This document shows positions 56,101 through 64,000 of a stretch of DNA of 64,000 nt, in pieces. The translations under genes and the position numbers were made by a program. The notes below the pieces were generated by a model. That model made no database searches, was not told the origin of the DNA, and saw only the letters and a program-made list of their open reading frames with translations. Location: assembly GCA_051294375.1 (NCBI GenBank), contig CM119263.1, positions 21,264,268 through 21,328,267 on the forward strand, written 5' to 3'. Source of the DNA: Paraspadella gotoi (Eukaryota; Animalia; Chaetognatha). Each line of letters begins with the position of its first letter. Position 1 is the first letter of the stretch.

Positions 56101-57402
56101 TTGTAAATAAAATACTATATTCTAATTTGTATGAAATTGGTACATTTTGTATATTGCAGTAAATCATATTGAAAAGAAAATTCATACAAAAAATATTTGA
56201 ATCAATATGACACATATGATTTTAAAAAACTTTTTTGATGAGAAGCTATATCTAAATTTTAATATAAATAAAAATACACACTTTTATAATTTTCAATTAA
56301 AAAAAATTATAACAATATCCAATTGTAAACAATTTTAACATTTTTTGTTTTTATTTTATTTTTTAAAATTATATATACTTATTTTTTTTATCAGTCGCTG
56401 CTTTTTCTGATTTGTCTAAAAACAAGGTCAACTCCATAGCGGTTGGATTATGGTTATTATTGCATCAATATTTGGTTATCATCGCAGCAATATTTGGTTG
56501 AAATAAATAGTTCTGTAACTACAATTTAGGTCGTTATAATCTAACCTGCATCTTTTTATATGGATAAATATTGAGCAATTAATCATTGTGCATTTAAGAT
56601 TTTTTCATTAATTTTCTTGGATAGTAACGTCTGGAGAGATCACTATACTTTTAAATTATTTTTTTTTTGGTTAGGATTTGAATCTGTCAAAAGTTAAAAG
56701 CAATACAAGACTTAGGACAAGGCAAGGATGGGGCCTCAGATGGAGGACAAAAAGGTTCAAATACGGAAAAGAGGCTCGAAACAATAAGAGTCCAAATTCG
56801 GACGAAAAAGTCGAGATTCGGAAAAGCGGAACGAATATTCGGAAAGTTGGAAAAATTCCAGGGAGTCTCCATTGGATGCAAAAAACCTTGGGACAGAGAA
56901 AGAGAGAAACCCAAGTCAGACCCGCCCAGAGATAAAACAAAGATAGAAGAGAGGGAGGAGACAAACTAATTTTATTTTAATATTTTCTGTTATACTTAAT
57001 TTTAATATGATATACATCAAACTAATCTTCCAAATAAAAAAATTATCGATTAGAATTTTTTTTTCACCTCACCTCCCATACTACGCGAAAGTCTTTTTTC
57101 TCGACTCGAAGTAATTCACAATATTCCCGCGTCACGATTGTGGCGTCGCGAGGAGCGTCGTTCAGTATGGAGTCACCAAAAGAACAACCCGCGCCCAACT
57201 GGCACACGTTCAGCGGATTCTGTTTGTAAAAAAATGGGGGAAAATATTATTTATATTTCCATGACAAAAATTTGAAAAAAAAAAAACGGTTTTGAGAATA
57301 CCTTATCCTTAAACTCTATACCGCTTTCTAAAGTGTATTTCGCTCTCCTTCTCATGATAGCGAAAAATGTTTGAGGATTATTGTTTTCAACGAGGTTAAC
57401 AT
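52805..57402 (-). CDS. RAPGEF4: Epac2/RAPGEF4-like 5' exons (CNBD-A C-terminal part and Pro-rich linker)
   Basis: 57355(or 57402)-57302 (..FFAIMRRRAKYTLESGIEFKDK); 57219-57073 (NPLNVCQLGAGCSFGDSILNDAPRDATIVTREYCELLRVEKKDFRVVWE, resembling Epac2 CNBD-A [28 protein letters not shown]); 53330-53273 (RNRQYIEGLVV, cf. KYRQYMAGLL); 53069-~52805 (Pro-rich GLHTRLLSPIPPART, donor uncertain). These short exons are not recovered in frame by the ORF track. Confidence 0.85.
54915..55035 (+). repeat. 22-23-bp tandem repeat (ATCATCGCATCAATGAATGACT / ATCATCGCATCAATCATTTGGTT) inside a dispersed element; other copies at 9755-9800, 19795-19925, 43670-43795, 56455-56500 and 60865-61005 (-)
   Basis: The same short array with conserved flanks recurs at several loci in both orientations. 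Confidence 0.75.
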
Positions 57403-58161
57403 CTCAAACGAAGCGAATGATAACCAAATTTCGAGTCAAGAGTTATTATAAGAGATCATGAAAGAATTCCATTGTGGTCGACCAACTGCGCTTTTTTTAA
57501 AAAAAAGTTCAGTGCTTTCTAAAAAAAACTGTTTGACTAGGCACAATTCACAGTCACTAAAATTACCACGAGTAAATTTAAGAGTAAAAACTTTTTAAAA
57601 AAATACTAGAAAAGTGTATTCTAAAAATAAGACTTCATCAAAAATAAGTTTTTTGATAATAGAACATCTAAAGTTATAAAACAGTAGAATATTGAGATAG
57701 GAGTAATTAAACAAAAAAATAAATCAAAATAAATATGTTCAGACAATACTATGTTGCATTATGCTGGTGCGACAGTTTCGAGCGTAACATAGGTAAAAAG
57801 CAGAATATTAGATTTTTCAATAGATGAAAACCAGGAAACCCGAAAATGTATGTATTAAAACGATAAAATATAAAAATCCCCCAAAAGTCAATCCCCGAAA
57901 AAGATCAATACTGTTTCCATTAATACTTGAATATGATCTTTTGAACCTGATATTCGAAATTCCGAAACCATCAAACAATACTAACTAGAAAAAAATAATT
58001 ATTTATAATATATATATATATATTCATAATAATAATACATTACATTTACTATATTTAGTTTATACTAATTTGCGCATTGTATCGTGTAATTAAAAAAACA
58101 CGATAACTCTCAGAATAACACGTTTGACAAACTTTTTCGACAAAAAGAAAGAAAGAAGTTT

Positions 58162-61100
58162 TCAAACATTCGTCAAGATTCGTTCCAGAGGCGACTTTGA
58201 TTTTCCCTCTTCTTCCTCCCCTTCCCCTCTTCCTCCTCTTCCTCCTCCGTCCAACTCCTTCCCGTACAACGCTTGTCGTCCCAAGTAAGCCTCTCGCTTG
58301 AGGCCGAGCCGGACGTCGTCGGGCACGTCGGGCACGACCCAGGCAAGGGCGTCGCGGACGAAGTAGACCACGTGTTCGAAGACGAGGACGAAGACGACTT
58401 TGGCCAACATCACGTGGAACCAGGTGGTCGTCCGAGCGTAGGAGGATGAGGAGGGGGAGCGGTAGTCGCGGTAGAAGCAGGTGCCGTTAGGAGGCTTTGG
58501 ACGGGGGGTGGAGTGGATGGTTGTGGAGTGGAATGAAAGGGGATGAGATGAAGATTAGAATTATACCATGATGGAAAAAAAAATTGTCGCGGTTTGAAAA
58601 TATCGGTTAATTTCATTGTTAAAAATATTTTTTGGCCATTAAATAGGTTTTATTATGTAATATGACTTCCTGAGGACTGAATAAAAATATTATTTTCTAA
58701 TAGCATGAAATTATTTATTGCATACAATTACTTCCAAAAGAGGTTGTCTCTAACTGTTTTCACCTCTTTTTGATCAAGAGGAATACTAATATCATTATTA
58801 ATATTATATCTCTGACATAATATTTTTTATCAGATTTTGGGCAAAAATTGGTTTTTGGCAAGCAGTAAAAAGGATTGATCCGCTATAAAGTAAACCAGTG
58901 CATAATAGGATTTTGGATTGTTTTTCCCTTCAACAAAATCTTTTTTTTTTGGACTTGTTTGATACTTCGTTCAGATATATCCCTAATGGTAAAAAAGTCC
59001 TGTTCTCATTATTGACCACAAAGTTGGCCAGAAAATTTTAACAATCAAAAATATATGCAACATGCAAAGAAGATTTTTTTCCCAATTATTATCGTTATTT
59101 TACCATGATAGAGAAAAAAATTGTCGCGGTTACTTTCCAGCTATTTTTTGACATTTTAATTTGAAAAATAAAAAATAAAACTTACATATCATCAACAGAT
59201 ATAAGACTGCAGCTCTCCTCGCACCATATTCTCCACCATGGAAGCAGGAGACTCAACCATCAGCAGCCTAGGCAGGAAACGAAGCCCACGAGGCTCACCG
59301 GACTATGGACCGAACAATAGAGGCTCTTTCAAGCTCTATGACCACAACAGGCCTAAAAACAGACTCAGTTTGGCAATACTTCAATGATATTGAGAAACTT
59401 TGGCCTTTTGTGATTCATATGAGCTGTGTCTCATTTATGTACGACAAAAAATACAAAAATTCCATGCACTTTTTTATTAATTTCCGGTTCTTTTTTATTA
59501 CTTTTTGAAAGGAAATTAACCAACTTTTCCAAACCGCGACAATTTTTTTTTCCATCATGGTACAAATCTCAAGGATCTTACAGTGTTTAAAAGCATGACC
59601 TATTTACAGCTCATTAACTCCTCAACCACCGCCCCTCACTCCCGCCCCCAACCTCACCTCCACGCCCCCCTCCGGCCGAGTCGCCGCCGTGAAACTCGTC
59701 GCGTTAAATTCTGAGAGGGAGAATCTCGTGAATCCGACGAGGGCGCCGCCGCCGGACGTGAGGCGAAAGTAGAGGCTTTCGACGAAGTTGGAGGTGAAGG
59801 CGATGACGAGGGCGTTGGTGATGACGGCGAGATTGGCGATCGAGGAGAGGATGGCGAACCATGCGCCAATGTTGCGGACGAGTTGGGGGCGTGGCCGGCG
59901 GAGACTGAGGGTTTCAATATATGGTTTAAAATAATTAAAGAAACGTTAAATACAGACATACAGAAATATACAGAGATATATAGTAGAGTATGAAAAAATC
60001 AAGATTACTTTTATAACTACTAAATTAAAATTAATATTACAATCATTCAAAAAATGAATATACTTTAAAATGCTACTTAAATGATAAATGTTAGTCATAA
60101 TAGAATATTAATATATTTATTTTTTAAATAGAATGATACGTTTTGGTGAATTTGTTGGCGTCGAGTCTAATCTCGATCACGTTGTTGATGAGAGCGAAGA
60201 CGGGCGCCAAGGGGAAGGCCGTGACAAAAAGAGTCACGAAACCGAATTGGATCACCTGAGGGGAAAGAGAGGGTGAGTAAAGGAATAAATCACGAGACCG
60301 AATAGATGTGTTGATAAGTGGGCTGTTTGTTTATTTAATGATTAAATATTTTTTAAATTGGTTGTGCAAATTTAATAATTAAGCTATATATAAAATCAAA
60401 AATCAACCCCACTGACTAACCATCTCCAAATACTCGTCGAACAGCCCCAACTCCCCGACGTCCGTCAGCGCCAAGTCGCTCTCCCATCGCGTCTTCGTCT
60501 CGACCTTGACGCCACCGTCTCCAGTCACCGGCGCCACCTCCGCCGACTTGCGACGACAGCGCCACTCGCGCCACCAACTCCGAATCAGCGGAATTCGCGG
60601 CTGTAGAAATTCGAGAAAGTTCATGAAGATCTGTTTGCCGACCATGATTATGAACATTTGGATGAAGAGTTCGAGCAGGCAGCCGGCAGGGTCGCAGGCG
60701 TCGTAGCGTGCTGGGGAGACGGCCTGAAAAGGGGGTGAAGATGAGGGGGTTGGTGGAGCTACTTAGTGTCAACAGAGTAAATATTGTGAAAAAATCCTAA
60801 AAGAATAGTGATCTCGATAGACGAGAGGAGGAAATAAAGTAATAAAAAAAGAAAGAAAAAAATTTATGCGATGATAACCAATAACCAATAATTGATGCGA
60901 TGATAACCAAATGATTGATGCGATGATAACCAAATGATTGATGTGATGATAGTCATTCATTGATGGATGATAATCATTCATTGATGCGATGATAGTCATT
61001 CATTGACTGGATGAATCATTCATCGTAAATAAAACAAACAAATGCGTGTATGAGTGAGAGTGAAAGAGAAAGAGAGAGGGAAAGAAAGAGAGAGAGAGAA

Positions 61101-62014
61101 AGAAAGAGAAAAAACGTGACGCAGAGGCAGACAACGACGATGACGACGTCACAAAGAAGTAAAAGCGATCCAAAATCGAGATAACAAACAAACTCGTGTA
61201 TGAGTGAGAGAGAGAGTGAGAGAGAGAGACAGAGACAGAGAGAGACAGAGACAGAGAGTGTACAAACACTTGCGGGTTCGTGCGACTTCAAAATAGGGAA
61301 TTTAATTTGACACCGTTTCCAAACATAAAACGTATTCCGACTAAATCTTGGAGCCATAAAATAAATCCACAAAAATCTCGGATGTAAATTTGATATTTTG
61401 TATTGAGAAAAAAAAGCGGAATAAATGGCGATAAAAAAGTTTTTAGAAGGAAAAAAATAATCAGAGAGAGAGAGAGAAAGATAGAGAGAAGCTGGACAGC
61501 CGCTGGACCGCCGCTGCAAAGCTGACCTCTTTTAAAACGAATATGAATAGGGTCGAATTCCTTTCCTTTCTATAAATAAATATTAAAAAATAAATATTTT
61601 GGTATAGAGCCATATAAGAAAATTTTTGTACATTGAAAGTATTCTTAAAAATGTATAAATTTTTGTGTTTTCACACTAAATTTTTGACTCACCTCATTGA
61701 GAGGGGCTACCCCTATTCAGAAGAAAATAAGAGAAAAAGAGAGCAACATATAATTAAATGAGAAAGAGAAAGTAACATATAATTAAAAGAGAAAGAGAGA
61801 AGCTTGACAGCCGCTGGAAAGCCGCTGGACAGCCGCTGCAGAGGTTTTTACACGAATCAGAAGAAACAGCAACGGAAAAAAGAGAGAGAGAGATAGCGAC
61901 ATAAAATTAAAAAAGAGAGAGAAGCTGAATAGCCCCTTTACTTGTCCATGAAACAGCAGTACCTATGGCGCTAGTGGTAGCGCGAGTTCCTCACAACATA
62001 AAGGATTCGGGTTC

Positions 62015-62045
<31 letters not shown>

Positions 62046-64000
62046 GGGAGTAGTCCTTGTGTGTAACGGCCGGTGAACTGCTCGCGTCATCGTCTTCTAC
62101 ATTGGTGAGCCCACAATATAAATAAATTTTTTTTTTTTTTTAAAGAGGGGGAGAAAGATAGCAAGAGAAAGAGAGAGAGAGAGAAAGAAGCTGGACAAAC
62201 CCTGCAGAGCCGGAACTCGTTTTTAGACAAAGCAGTGACGGAGAAAAAGAGAGAGAGAGAGCGACATATAATTAAAAGAGAGATAGAGCGACATATAATT
62301 AAAACGTTTTTGTTTTGTAAATAAAACATAAACAAATATGAATATTGATATGAAACATGACAATTTCAAAGATCTTGATGATTAGAAGCCATATCTAAAT
62401 TTTCAACTCCCTATGATATCACACTTTCTATAGCCATGATGGTAAAAAAGCGTGACGCAGACGCCGCCGCCGACGACGACGACGACACAAAGAAGCTGGG
62501 CCTTCGCTTAATCTCGCCAAGACGGGCCTTGGCGCCTTTACAAGTGTACAACTATCAAAAATATATTTATAAATTTGTTTGATTGATATTTGACTTGGTA
62601 GAAGTTGAGTTGACAATCCGGTAAAGTGAGGCCACTAATTAAGCTTCACTCACCGACTCAAAGTCTGACTCACAACTCACGTGAAGCTCGTCGGAATCTT
62701 GAAAAAATTCGTGAAATCGTCCTTTAAAGAAGGCGATGTAAAAGATCGACGCATAAAAGTTGACGAACTGAAAGCAAAACATTTTGACGGTAAAGGAATC
62801 TTCGTAATCCTTGTCAGTTCGCTGATTCTCCATCCGGGTCAACTTCAGGGCGAGGATCCCGTAGAACTTGTTGAGGATCATGATGAAGACGAGATTGAGT
62901 GTGGCCGAAGTAATCGTCACCAGGATCTTGGAATACTCCACCACCTGAAGGACCTAAGAAGAGGGTAGTAAATTTATGATTAATACCCTATATCTAGGCT
63001 TAATAGTGAGTGCTAAATACTAGCATTTATTTTGGTTTGTGTTTCATTCGAAGAATGGGTATTTTTAAATCGCCAAAACAAAACAAATACTTAAAAAATA
63101 GTTTGTTTAAAAAAAATTTCTCAAGGACTCTTCAAAAAATCAAACAAAAATTTCGTCTTTTATTTAATAAATTATCAGGAAGAAGCACAATAAAAATAAT
63201 TTTATAGCAAGATGCATATTATATTTTTTGTTCAATTTTTTTAACGAAAATTAATGCGGAGATGATAATCGATATCTCTTAAATTAATAATGTATCTGAG
63301 GCCTGAGTTAAGTCGCCTCACTTATATAGATTGATCTATCGTTTTAACTCCATCCGAGTCATCAATCCGAAATGACCTTACCCCAAATTCACCTCCTCAC
63401 CCACTCGTCCTCACCTCTTTGTCCGTTGCTTCCTTCCGCAGCTGCCAAAACGCGACCCGCACGGCCCCGCGATAAACGATGACGCCGACGATGGCGACGA
63501 GGACGCAAATGACGGCGAGAACAACGACGGCGACGCCGGAGAGATAACGCGGTAGGCGCGCCCAGGGCGGGAAGTAGGGCTCGAGGACGTGGGTGACTGG
63601 ATTTCGGCGTCTCTCGCGACAGCGCGCCTCAAAATCGGGGCGGAAGCTGGAAAAGCGGATAAGGGATGAGTTGGGTAGGTAAATTTAAAACAAAATCTTA
63701 CCCAAACAAACGTTATACCAACGTTATACCAAAGTAAATCAACCCGAACCAACTAATAACCATAAAAAAAATTTTAAAAAAACGGAAAAAAATAGCCAAA
63801 ACTGATCCAAAACACAACCAAAACAAACAACTGACTTGCTCTCGTCCTCGAAATCCTCGAGGAGATCCCATTGATAGGCGATCCTCGCCTGACGTCTTTT
63901 CCAAAACTCGAGAAACAAAACTGACCAGACGGACATAAAGAAACAAAAGACAATCGTGAATTCGTTGTCGACAAGATGGACCAGTTTCGAGTAGAAGCAG
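58162..64000 (-). CDS. Anoctamin/TMEM16 family Ca2+-activated chloride channel or scramblase, 3' exons
   Basis: Exons: 64000-63836 ([18 protein letters not shown]; 1-nt frameshift near 63945), 63646-63415 ([17 protein letters not shown]), 62944-62681 ([37 protein letters not shown]), 60723-60421 ([30 protein letters not shown]), 60255-60140 ([33 protein letters not shown]), 59904-59658 ([20 protein letters not shown]), 58494-58162 (CFYRDYR..FEH..VPDVP..KREAY..LTNV*). The Ca2+-binding acidic residues of TM6-8 are present. Confidence 0.95.
58566..59560. mobile_element. MITE of the same CCATGATGG family in the last anoctamin intron, with an extra internal TIR at 59103
   Basis: ta|CCATGATGGAAAAAAAAATTGTCGCGGTTT ... 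AAACCGCGACAATTTTTTTTTCCATCATGG|ta. Confidence 0.8.
61954..62045 (+). mobile_element. Short tRNA-like head followed directly by poly(A); SINE fragment or tRNA retropseudogene
   Basis: A-box TGGCGCTAGTGG, truncated B-box CGGGTTCA, then a poly(A) run. Confidence 0.45.

Noticed and set aside
57400-57475. Alternative genetic code (in-frame TAA TAA and TGA upstream of the CNBD-A-like exon)
   Set aside because: All three genes terminate at TGA and the well-aligned exons read in the standard code. The upstream similarity is too weak.
63930-63960. Anoctamin pseudogene because of a frameshift
   Set aside because: A single missing base in a T-rich run in an indel-prone assembly; all downstream exons are intact.

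Overview
AT-rich, microsatellite-rich eukaryotic (invertebrate-like) genomic DNA with GC/CpG-rich exons, in a noisy long-read assembly. It contains three intron-containing genes. (1) The 3' half of a type IV diacylglycerol kinase (DGK-zeta/iota-like; + strand, 7564-16116, ankyrin repeats, C-terminus ETAV). (2) An Epac2/RAPGEF4-like cAMP-regulated Rap GEF (- strand, ~57400 to 24603). (3) The 3' part of an anoctamin/TMEM16 (- strand, 64000 to 58162). The apparent triplication and inversion of the Epac core (~33031-52081) is most probably a gap-filling artefact: there are three 25-N gaps, indel-dominated differences and an adapter-like tag at a shared breakpoint, and deleting 32861-52081 restores one seamless gene. 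Introns and intergenic DNA carry TA-flanked MITEs, tRNA-derived SINEs, Helentron-like repeats and Penelope-like element remnants with minimal hammerhead ribozymes. The most novel-looking object is a tiny TG...CA LTR element (TRIM-like, with a solo LTR elsewhere in the window) whose LTR contains a tRNA-like Pol III promoter, nested next to a hammerhead palindrome. All calls were made by eye; no searches were run.
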